NCBI GenBank assembly: GCA_040954595.2
Contig: CM082584.2
Location: 5,088,110-5,152,109, forward strand
DNA length: 64,000 nt
From: Balanoglossus misakiensis
Lineage: Eukaryota; Animalia; Hemichordata
Direction: 5' to 3'
Below, one piece after another: positions 1 to 12,500 of this stretch. The first letter of the stretch is position 1, and every line of letters starts with the position of its first letter. The notes under the pieces are model-generated. The model saw only the letters and a list, made by a program, of their open reading frames with translations, did not search any database and had not been told where the DNA came from. A program made the position numbers and the translations under genes.

Positions 1-542
1 GTGTACTTTATTACTTTATATTTGGTTTTAAATTGAAAGCTTGTTCTGTTTTAGTGATCATGTTATATTCAGATTATATTTTCCTGTATTTACAATTTTT
101 TGTTGCCTACAACGGCTTTTAATATTTCAATAATTTTTTTAAAAGTAACTGTGCCTCAATGGAAGCAATTTTGTATGTTGTGGTGAAAAGACAGCCTCTT
201 TTTTTCCAAAGCTGCCTGGTATAGAGAGTTTTTTTCACCAAAATCCTCCAGCCCCTACTGAACAACCCATATAGCTCTGAATGAATAAAAGAGTAAAAGT
301 TATTAAGAAATTATTAAATACGTAAGTTTGTCAAATTCTATTTGGTATGCATTGCAATCTAACTTAGCTGCAAAGGTGTGAATTAAAGCATGCCAAACAC
401 GGAAATGTCCTTGACCACAAGAAAAATTGTTTGACCCCGGGTGATATACGATATATAGGCAAACAAATGTGACAACTGTATCCATATCGAGGTATCAAGG
501 GCCATAACGTAACGGAGTGAGCTGTGAAATAATTTCATCAGA

Positions 543-3500
543 ATGCATCGTCTTCTAAGCCTGGTTTTATTCATTCCATTGACATTCACAGGTAAGTTAT
601 GAGGTATAACTATAAATGTTTGTAAAGTTCTCATAGCTGCATGCATACTCTCTGAATCAAACAAAAAAATATAGACAGTGTGAAATTTATTATTCTGGTA
701 GCTCCCATAAGTTAGTTTGAGCATGACATTTACTGCTAAAAAGACCATGTGTGCAATTTTCTGAGCTACACATTGAAAGCGTCAAAATAGTCCAAATAGT
801 GGCAAAATGTAACTATTACCATGTCAATCATGCCAAAAACAATGTGTTTTACTGTTGCATTTTGAAGTTTATGGCAAGCAACTTCGTAGCTTGGATTTTT
901 TTACCATTATACTTCCTGGTTGCTAGGCTTTGCAGATGCATTAAAGGACAACACCAAGCCATTATTGGTTTTCTGGCCAAGCACTTGTACATGTACCGTA
1001 CTAGCGTTCTTATCACTTGCAAACATATCACTTTTATTTGATTACAAACTGACTAAACACAGAACTCCAACAAGAGTAACTTTGTGAGCAGCCCAATGGG
1101 CTTGTGTCAAGTCACAAATTTACAATGATTCACATAGTTACTGCAAAGTTATAACTACCCTGTTTTTGAGACCTATCATGACCCCATAACATAGATCGAT
1201 TGAACTCACTATGTAAACTTGGAAAGCTTATTTCGCTTTTTATTATGGGGTTCATACAGGTACCATTAAGAAGTTTCTGAAACGTCTCAGGTCAAATGCT
1301 GGCATAAATTATTGTTTATGATTGGTTTAATACCAGGTTCACACAGGGTAAAATTTAAAACGTTTCTGAAACACTATTCGCCTATCATAAACACACAGTT
1401 TATGCATATGCGCTGAGGCTCGGCCCCATAGACAATGGGTTGCGGAGAGGTGTTAATCCTTACACCGGCTCTCAGGTCTGGCCGGCAAATTATACCGTCT
1501 CAAATCTGGACCATGCACTTAAACTGTTCACGCTTAATAATTTACGCCAACTGGTATCTGAGACATTTCAGAAACGTCTTAATGGTTCCTCTTTTTATTT
1601 TATGAAGGCATATTCTCTTATTTTGTACTTCAGATCTTCCAATGTTTTTGTGTCAATTAATTCTTCATACATACATTGATCTTGCTTTGGATTGTCACTT
1701 TATGTTTAACAAGTCATCACAGATGACAAAGTCTGTCCCCTTTTGTCAATGGGTCAGTGGATAAAATATGATGTTAAAATAAATCTGTAGCAGCTGGGAC
1801 ATGGCAATCAGTTATGGATATGTTTAGCTGTGTTCTACGAGTTGGTGTATAAAAGTAGAGAGCAGGCAATGGGGTACAGTTGTATGTGGGCGCTCCGTAC
1901 CTCCCCCCCCCCCCCCAAAAAAAAAAAAAAAAAAAAAAAAAATTATAGGCATAATTTGTTGTTTTAGCCCGTGGAATCAAAGAGATAAAACCACACCCCA
2001 AGGTGACAAAATTCTGTCGATATATGGAAATTGCTTCGCTGGTGTTGCTGTCATGTCCATGTTAGCTTGGGCCCCTAATAACTAAAGCAAGGGAGGAGGG
2101 AGATATAAGCAAGGTACATGTAGTAGTTCATTATCGTCTTTTCAATGTCTGTAGCATTATTGTTAAGATTACACAGTAAAACTCAAAATTGCCGGTATAC
2201 GTAACCAAAGAAGTAACACTATCGCAAATATCACACTTTTGATTTCATTTTGCAGATGCTCGGTTAGATGTCACCTTATATAATGCTAAAGCATTACCAA
2301 GTTTAAGTGATGGTAATTATTTCATTGGTGGATACTCAGCTGGTGATACCATAAATACTGTAGGTACAGATTTTGCCTTTGGAAGGCTCCTAGATACGGG
2401 TACAGGAGGTGCACTCCCTGCAGGTAGTTCTGAGAGCACCTTCAATAACTATGCATTAAGACTCTACTTACCCACTGGTGCTGGCAGACCTGGTGTGTAC
2501 TACTGTGATGCCAATGCTAACACTGGAGAAACTGAGAGACTGATAACTGTAGTGGTTGCTGACTCTGGTAAGTTAGGAACAAATCTTTCATCTAATTGAC
2601 ATATTTGGATATTACTCACAAATGTGTGGGTTAATGGATGAGCCCTATGGGGTGAACATTGATGTTGATTTTGTTGTTTATATGAGCATGCATGTACTGT
2701 TCATGGCACATACAATTTTTTTACTAATGATTAGAACATAATTTTTCTATGTAAGGCTTAATTATTAAAATGAAGGTCAATTATCTGTGCATCTGTCAGC
2801 TGAAATCAAACCAGAGAGTCAAACCAAAACAGTGAATTTTGGAGAAGATGTAACATTGACCATGACAACATCCATCGCTGAATCATCATTGAAATGGAGA
2901 CATGATGGAATAGAGAAACCAGAATGGAATGGTCAGAAGAGTATTACAATATCATTTGCAAAGACCAGTGATGCAGGAATCTATGAATGTTACAGCAGTG
3001 AAAACCATCGAAGTCAAGGACTACATGGATTTATGAGACTTATTGTCAGAGGTATAATGAACAAATAAAAAAAGACACCAATATTTGTCATGTCAAATTA
3101 CCTGATGATATACAGTGAATTGAATGTCAAGTGGTGTTATTTAAAGTGCTACAAAATGAATAACATTGCTCCTTTAAACAGAATTTTTGAAATAATCATT
3201 TTACTGAATTGAAATGGTAATGAAAACATAAATATTGCACCCAGTTTTATAACAGAACTGGGCAATTAATCTTATAACTGTGGTTTTAATCTTTTCCAAC
3301 TAAAGTTATCATTAAATCATATTATATGACATTCATTTATACCTTTGAACAAAATCACACTTTGTTCAACAAACAATTTCCATATTTGTGCTGATATATT
3401 TAATACTGAATAATACGTCATGATGTATTGCAGATTACTAGTATATTTTTTTATTTATTTTAAACATGACAACAATAAATGTTTTTGCACAGGTTAGCAT

Positions 3501-6500
3501 CATTAAACATTACCACAAAAGTGAATTTAAGTCAAAAGTAAAACCATGCAATTATAATTCAATTCCCATTTTAGGTTGTCCAAATGGAAAATGGGGATTA
3601 CCAGACTGTCTATCTTCATGTCCAACGTGTTACAATGGAGGAATATGCAACTCTGACACTGGTGAGTGTATATGTCCGCCTGGATTCATGGGAAGTAATT
3701 GTCAAACTGGTGAGTATAATGAGTTAATATATTTCTGTGAATACCAAGTCCAATGCCATGTAAGTCCCAAGCAGGGCTTGATTGGAATCAACAGTTAATT
3801 CTTCTCCACAGCCAACAATTATTGAAGGCTGATCACAAATTGATATCATCAGTACTTTTAATTTTACACATAACTTCTACAGCTTGTTAGGATGCTGCTT
3901 GGTGTTTTCTTGCCTGCAGTAGTTTTTTTAATGTTTATATATATATACATCAATGCAAATCTTTTTTTCCATACACATATAAACATGTACTGGAGTAGTG
4001 TTAGTTTTCAATATTAATAATAATAGATATCTCACACCAGTATATTGCAGTAGCTGTCCCCTCATGTTCATAATTGTTTTTAAAAAAAATTGACTTATTT
4101 TACAGGTTGTGGAAAGAATAGCTGGGGAATAGAATGTAGTCGTCCGTGTTCAGGTAGCCATCAAGATGCATGTCGCAGCAGTATGTTTTGTGTAGCTGAT
4201 CCTTATGGGTGTTCATGCAGTACATCATATACAGGACTAAACTGTTCAACTGGTAATTATAACCGGTTCATAGAGAGAAATTGTTGATGCAAGAAATTAA
4301 AATTATACTGTAAAACATGTTTTTTTCGCGAGCAACAAATTTACGCCAAATGACACAGGAGCCAAAAAAGCGAAAATAAAGACTCGCGTAAGTATAGTTG
4401 TGAAAGAACAATGTGGTAAATACTAGTAAAAGAACAATAGTCAAACACACACACAACAAAATGTTTTCAGTTTGAAAGTGCAGGTAATTTATTAAAAATG
4501 GTTGCGGTTTCATGTTTTTCTACACATCATGCAATTTGTCTGAACATCGTGGTTTGTGGCCAAGAATCTTGCTACAAATGCGACAAATAAACGTACAATA
4601 ATAGTTTTTCGGAGATAACGTTGCAGTACGAGAACACGAAAAATTAATACTCGTGTAACAGTGGCCTCTCTCAATATCGCGAAAATTTCAACTCGCGAAA
4701 ATAACACGTTTTACAGTATTTTTCATGTTAGTGTATTCATTGTGATGGACAATGCAACAAACAAGTTGGATTTTGTCATCATTATTCACTCGTAACAAAA
4801 ACAAATAAACACATATTTGTTATCTATAGTGTGCCTTTGAAAACAAGATGGTAGAGGTTGGCAGAGTTTGGCCACCAGAAAAAAGAAAATTATAATGATT
4901 GATGTTTATGTCATGACAGATTGTCCTAATGGAAAGTATGGTTCTGGATGTACACAGACATGTCACTGTACCAATGGGTGTAACATAGCTACAGGTGCAT
5001 GTAACAGTGGAGGTACATGTCAGTCAGGGTGGAGTGGAACAAATTGTCAGGGTATGTTGAATGGTGATAGGAACTTTCCCTTGGAAACTTTGAGAACTAC
5101 ACATATTCATTGCAATTGTTTGACAGTCAAAGCCTTACAATATAATAAGGTGGCATTCCTAGTTCCTCTGTGTTGGAACTTGTCCTTAGAAATAATTTTA
5201 CGTCAAAGCAGAAGAGACCTATATCCCCACTGGCGCTAATTAATTGGATGAACCATGGAATAGCAATCAGAAAGACAGCATGAAGTGTTGCCGTGTGTGA
5301 AATTCACATAAAGAAGAACATCTGCCACTTTTATTTGTGACAATTGATCCTCTGAAGACCATCTTTTTATGTGGCATCTTTTAGTGTCGGTGCCTTATTA
5401 TATCTTTTTTCTATTAATGGACCATTTTTTTCCAATGCTTGTTACCAGTTCGTTCACTAACTGGAAGTCTGAGAGTTAATTCCACCCCTTTTTGTCATTA
5501 TAGTCCCTGATTCATGCCCAACTGGTTTCTATGGTGAGCTGTGTAATTACAACTGCCATTGCAAAGATGATGCAGCATGCAACCGGACAACTGGTGCGTG
5601 TTCAAATGGAGAATGCGCTCCTGGATGGTTGAATCTGGATATCGGAGATTGTCAACGAGGTAAGAGTGCAAATTAGTATTTGAGATTAAAAGTCAAGGTA
5701 TGTACATTTTATTTTTTTCGATTCAATAGATAGTGATAGGTCTACTGATGTTTAATTCATAAAAAGTGATATGTAGTGATATGTAACTTATATCAAGTGT
5801 AACATTTTTAATGCTATATACTCACTACAACGTCCAATCTGATTAAAATCAGGTGAAAGACCATCTTTTCATGTGGCATCTTCGTCGTTCCCTACATCTG
5901 ATTTTAATCAGATTGTACAACGTCATACCTAACAGGAGATCATTTTAATTTTACAGGCGGTAGTATCAAAGTGCATGCTTTGTACAACATTAAAGTCAAC
6001 CCTGGTGAACTGAGTTCGATTATCTGTGGTGTTATTAGTAACCCAGTCATATCATCTTCTGATGTAACACTGACTGACAAGGATGGATCAACTGTTACAC
6101 CCACATCACACTGGATCAGTACAACATACGTGTACTACAGTAATTACAGCAGTGTTTCTTTCGATGCTGGTATGTCTTACACTTGTTCTGCTGGTGGTCA
6201 GTCTCAGCAATTGAACAGCTTTGAGTTCTACGGTAAGTACACATACCAGTGCAAGAGATAGAACTGTCAGACCCTGTCACAACACTCTCATACCTCAGCA
6301 CTTTACAGCTATCCTCAAAGCACTGCATGGATATAGACCTGCATGTAGAAGTTACCACCAGTCCATTGTAACAGTCATGAGTGACCCTTCTTATCAACGC
6401 AGACCTCAGACCAACAGCATAATGTGTTCTAGGGCCTAGCTGTCACAGCAGCAAATCTATGTTACTGGTGTTCACATATACAATGAAATGTGTAAAAGTC

Positions 6501-9500
6501 TGACAATTCTTGTTTTAAGATTTGTTGTTTGCTTAATGTCAAACTTTCAACAGGTTCATAAATATAAAGTCACAGAATTTTAAAGAGTATCAGGGATTAA
6601 AGAGATAATGTGATTTAATCATGCTAGATATTTACCACTAATATGTTTGACTGTTATTTCCAGTATTACCACGATTTTCAAATGCTGACAAGCCAGGAGT
6701 TACAGTTCAAGCTACTCAAGCAACTGTTACTTGGCAGAAATGGGAGTCAGGAAATGATGTTGGTGATGGACCTGTAGAAGCATACTTAGTTTACTACAAA
6801 AAGACATCAGATGATGATTGGACATCTCATGGTACAATAACAGTAACTGATCCTGATCAATCGAGTTACAACACGGACATAACAGGTCTAGACTGGTCTA
6901 CAAGTTATGATTTCACAGTGACTGTCAAGAGACCTGGACTCATGGGAGAAGGGAGCAAGGAAATTGTTACCACAGATACTACACCGTGTGATGGTACGTG
7001 ATTGGCTTTGCACAGAGAATTGGTCATACGTATAACAGGAGAATTTGATTTCGATTGGTGTTTTTCTGCAAAAAAGTTATTGGCAACTTTCATATTTTGG
7101 CACATTTACTAATTTTCATGAATTCTGTGTACACTTATAATAGCTGTCACATGTCTATGGCCTGAAATGTTTGTTTTGGCTATTAATGTAGGACAGGAAA
7201 AAGCCTTATGCTCTGATGTTTTTAGTTTTTTGCACAAACTTCACTCAAAATAAAAACGTTCTTTCTTCAGTGCCCTCAGAAGGACCATCAATTAAAAGTA
7301 TAACTTCCACAGACCCAAATGAGATTGAAATTTCAGTGGAGGTAAGGACACCAGCAATTCATGATTTGTATACTTCTGTAATATCTTACATGGAATCATT
7401 GAAAAGTGGGTAAATACATGCAGCTACATGTACCCCAGTGTACTATATAGTTACTATGATACTGACCAACTGAGGAGAGGGACTTTTTCAAGCGGTTAGT
7501 CCATTTAATGTCAGTGGTATTACTGTATAGACTACCGGTTTAATGTTTATGTACATGTTCATTTAGTGGCATATTTCACAGCCCTGCTCTTGTCTGCTGT
7601 TCTGTTTCTATAGCTGATGTACACTCAGATGCCCCCTAGCACATGTCACAAAACCAGCATTGGATTTTGTAGTAGCAAAACTAGGCTACTAGCATGCATG
7701 GTCAGATAAAAATAGACATTTCAATACTAGTATATCCAGCATTCTGGCATTGGGGCTTGGAGACAGTTGACCTACTTGTATACAAATGTACTCAATCGAA
7801 CTGGGCACAGCAGGGCTTCAGGTTTATTTCTTGATGTACAGTATCAATCTGATTAAAATCAAATGTAGGGAACGGCGACGTGTTTTTTTTATGCTGTGGC
7901 CAAAGCGACAGCATAAAAAAAACACCTTGCCGTTCCCTACATCTGATTTTAATCAGATTGGTACAGTATATACTGTTCACAATGCAATTTATGTTGTAAA
8001 CTTGTGACTTTATGACAGGTACCTGACACATCAGAGATCAAATGTAATCCTGATGGATACATTGAGAGTTTCAATTTGAAGTACAAGAAAACAAACACTC
8101 ATGATGAATATACAGTGTTACTGGTGAATGATGGAACTGCACGTACTTTCATAATTGATGGATTACTGGCATACACAGAGTATGATGTGATGGTGTCATT
8201 TGACAATAAAGACGAAAGAAGTCCATGGAGTCCAGTGTCAACTGAAAGAACAGCTGAAGATGGTGAGTTGAGGAACCAATTTGTAAATCCTGAGAAACAT
8301 TTAATCATTTGATGTCACTACTTCAACTCATGGTCTCTGTATATATATATACAAATCCAGCAGTATATAAATTACACACAATGTTAGTAAAAGATACAAG
8401 TATTTGAGCAGTGTAGTGAAGACCAGTGACAGGAGCTGAATACAAAAAACTGCCTTTTACACTAAGCTATCAACGAAATTAGCACATTTTTCTGAAAATA
8501 ATTACACCTGAAATCTTATGAATTTCCAGGCCCTGCATAGACTCAGAACTTAATCTCTTACAGATCTCGACCAAGGGTAGCTTTGATTCCAAGTCTATAA
8601 ATGCCCTTAACAGCACATATTAATAGGAGCATGCACACATAGAAATCTGGGATTGATTTATGTATGCAGTAATTCAATATAATTATACCCCCAAAAGATA
8701 CACTTACATTAATACATTTACCCACAGTGCCGTCCAAACCACGAAATGTGACATTGAGTCCTGCAGTGTTTACCATTGAAGTGCAGTGGTTAATACCTGA
8801 TCCAGTAAATGGTATCATCACGAAGTATACAATTAGTTACTGGGAAACAATGGATGTAAACACAAAGAAAGAGAAAGAAGTGACAGAAGATCTGGGTGGT
8901 GTTAACACATATCTCATAACCAACCTTACAAATGAGGTTTCATATACTGTTCAGGTAAAACATGTATTTTCATAACTTTCCCACAAAATTATTATTCTGT
9001 CAAATAGTTAATAGTTAATATACATGTATATGTATCTTATGCATATGTATTGTTGAGTATAATCTGCAATAATTTTGTTGAGGACAGAAAACCTTGTCAG
9101 GACAAACATGACAATGAGGTGATGAGTACCTTTGCCGAAAAAGTCCTCTAATTGTCTCTAATTCTCTATGCATAATTCGAGAAAGAAAGAACACAGATAT
9201 AGATTAAGCGCTGTTGACTAACAATAGTATATAATTATATTTATTTGCAATTTTCAGGTTGGAGCATTCACAACCCCAGGAATAGGACCATTAAGTGATG
9301 AGAAAAGTGCAACAACAACAGTGACAAGTAAGTTGATGTGGTTTTCTTTACATGATACTATACAGTCAAAAATGAAATTATAAGCCCTAGTTGGAAGGTT
9401 ACTTAAAAACCTTTGGCAACGGGCGAAGTGTAAACATCATACTCATTACCATAATTAGTATTTTGACCCAACTGTAACTGTGTAACATATATTTGAGCAA

Positions 9501-12500
9501 GATTTAACAGGCCTTGAGGATTACCTTCTGTAAAAATTAGAGGCAATACATATGTATACCATGGTGCAAATCTCCACTGATATAATTAAGCTCTCTCGTA
9601 GTATACTTTACAGTTGTGAAATATTTGGTTTCTTCCCTTTTGACACTACTAGTTCCACAGGAGCCCGCCAGTCTAGAAGTTGGAGATATCACAGACACTG
9701 AGATTGAATTGCTTTGGACAGATCCCTTTCCATTTAGTGGAGACATTCTACACTATGGGGTAAGATTTTCAAATTTGTTTTCTGACATTTCTTCTGTGAG
9801 TTACAGCTGGTGTCTGGTAATTCATGGATACTTTGCCTCTATTGTCATTAACTCTTTGTCAAGTGAAAATAATGAAATTAAAATTTTAAAAAGGCATGTA
9901 AGAGCATTGACATGTGAAACGTGATATGGTGCTGGTTATTGTGAATTGCAGGCTATATCTTTCAAATGCACAGAAAAGGAATTCTGTTACGTGTTTGGCT
10001 GTTGATCAGATATGCTATTGCGGGCACAAGGATAATGTACAATTGCATACACACATGTCAATTTGTCTCATTTTTTCACGACACAGGCTTAAGTCATCAG
10101 CAAAGCATGATTCAGGCCTTTTGAATGGGAGTGAACATATTAGAGTTTGTTTGAGACTGTAAAAATGCAATTAACCTGGATTTGTAATTGACTTGTAAAC
10201 TAAAATTGAAATGCCATCTTTCAGATATCGCACACATCCACAGATTCAGTGTTCAAAGACACACAGATGGAGACCCGATCGTTGCTTGTTGAAGGCACAA
10301 AAAATACTCACACACTTACAAATTTGAATCCTGGAACCACATATGAAATCAGTGTGAATGCCAGCACTTTCAAGGGTTTCGGAGAACCCAGAATTGTGTC
10401 AAGTGGCACTTCATTTACAGGTAAGGAGATTAATTTGTACAGTTTCAAATCCATTTTCACCAATGGTAGTGTAATGTTGCGTGGCATTGACTTGCAAGTA
10501 GGAAATTGGAGCTTTTGTCAAAGTAGGGAGGATCTGACATTTACTTTATAGTTCACTTTGATTTCATGTGGCATATATACAAGAATCCACCATCCAAGAA
10601 ATCCAGAACATTTGCACAGCAAATTGAATTGTTCAATATTGAGTAAGTGAATTTGGCCGAATTGTTACCCATCATCAACCATTCTAGCAAACATACGGTA
10701 TACAGGTATTTCTAACACCCTTGGTCGTAATTTTTCTCTGAGCTGTTCTCTGGCCTTGATGCCTTTCAGTTATACCGTAGATTATACTCCACATATCAAT
10801 CTATCAATAATTTACTTTCAGTTGATATTTCCACAACACTGCCAATGACAGACATATCAACTGATGTTGTACACTCTGAGACGGAAGCACAAGTTACTCT
10901 ACCAGGCCTTTCAGAGGACTCAGGCATTTCTGAAGACACCACACTCATGTAATGTTTATTTCTTATAATACTACTTTGTCTTGTACTCGACATTATTCTA
11001 ATTACAAATAACCTTTTACAAAACCTCTTCCCATGTTTCCTTACCCCATTTCATATTGTTCATTTTACTAGTAAATTTGACTTCTTGTTTCAAACTGCGA
11101 ATTTTTCTAATACATGTAACTACACACTATAGGGATTGAACTTTGATTGGGAACGGTGTAGTTAATTTTATGTGTCTAACTAAACCAGAGAGAAATAGAT
11201 GTATAAAAGATATAACTCAATTTCAATTTTCAGTGACTACATTATAGTTCTGGAATATGATCAAAGTGTTGAGACAAGACGGCGACGAGAAATAGACACT
11301 TCAAAACTCGGAGAGTACAATCCTTCCGGTCCACCTTACTACATCACAGCATTACTCCCTGTCAATGATATACCTGAGACATTTATAATTGGTGATGACG
11401 GTGTGTATGGTGGTTATTCCAATGTTCCACTCACTACAGGGAGACAATATGGTGTCTACTATGGACTTAGGAGTGACGTTGATGGAGTAAGATAATAGTA
11501 TTTTGAGCATTAAAAGATAAATAAAATAAAAAGTGTCAAATAAAATGCTCCAAGCGGAGAGGAAGCAAGCTTAAGTAAGTCTGTGGATCTAATTTTTAAA
11601 CTCACCTTACCACATATCTTTTGTATACATTATTTTCTCATCCCTAAACAGTGGCCGTGCAGGTTAATTGACCAGACACTGTAACTTCTGATGTTCAGAG
11701 ACACATCTTGGTTTCAAAGTTGAATTTCTTATTTTTGCAGGAGTCTGTCTACCACCTTGATGAAGACCCAGCACTGTCCTTCAGGGGTATGTACCGGTTA
11801 TCACTGTGATTTCTAACTTTCCATTCTGACGGTTGCTAATATACACCAGTTTTATGCACTATGTCTAGTGTGTATCTGCAGTAGATATGTATTAAAATGA
11901 CATGGCTATGTTTTCAATATTCCAGTTCATGTTATAGGCACTTAATGACAATCATTCATTGCCCAGAATTACTTTTTAGATCACTCAGGTCTAAGAGTTC
12001 ATATTATTTATTTGCTGATTATAGATTAAGGATATTACACCTGAAACAATTCATAACTTTGAATGCCAAGGAAATTTACAACATAAAGATACCGGTATGA
12101 GAAAATATTGGGAGAAAAGGGTCATGAGATAATATGTCTAGGTACTTACCTCCCATTGGGTATGCCTGGGACAATACAGCATGGCAGTCAATTAAAATTA
12201 GAAGTATTTCTTTTCATCCCATATATTTATAAGGTGGTGGCCCCAAGCCAACAGGATCATCAATAGGAGCCATAGTTGGTGGTGTAGTGGCTGTTGTAGT
12301 AATTGCTTCATTGATCATCATTGCTGTCTTCCTGTTCAGAAGGTAAGCAACACTTTTATCACAATCACCTGTTATAAATGAATGCAACCACTGTAACTAC
12401 ATCATGTCCAAGTATACCAGTTGCTGATATTGTTGGTAGACTATATAGACTATACCAGTATTCTAAAAGACAGTTTTGTAATCGACGTTTACGTTTTACA

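Noticed and set aside
1903-1942. Poly-C followed by poly-A as a retrocopy tail or structured element
   Set aside because: No TSD or upstream retroelement body is visible. It is a simple homopolymer whose length varies between the copies.
303-2001. Duplicated 60-120 aa ORFs upstream of and within intron 1 (also 17626-19512)
   Set aside because: They have no recognisable domains. They recur only because the non-coding DNA is duplicated.
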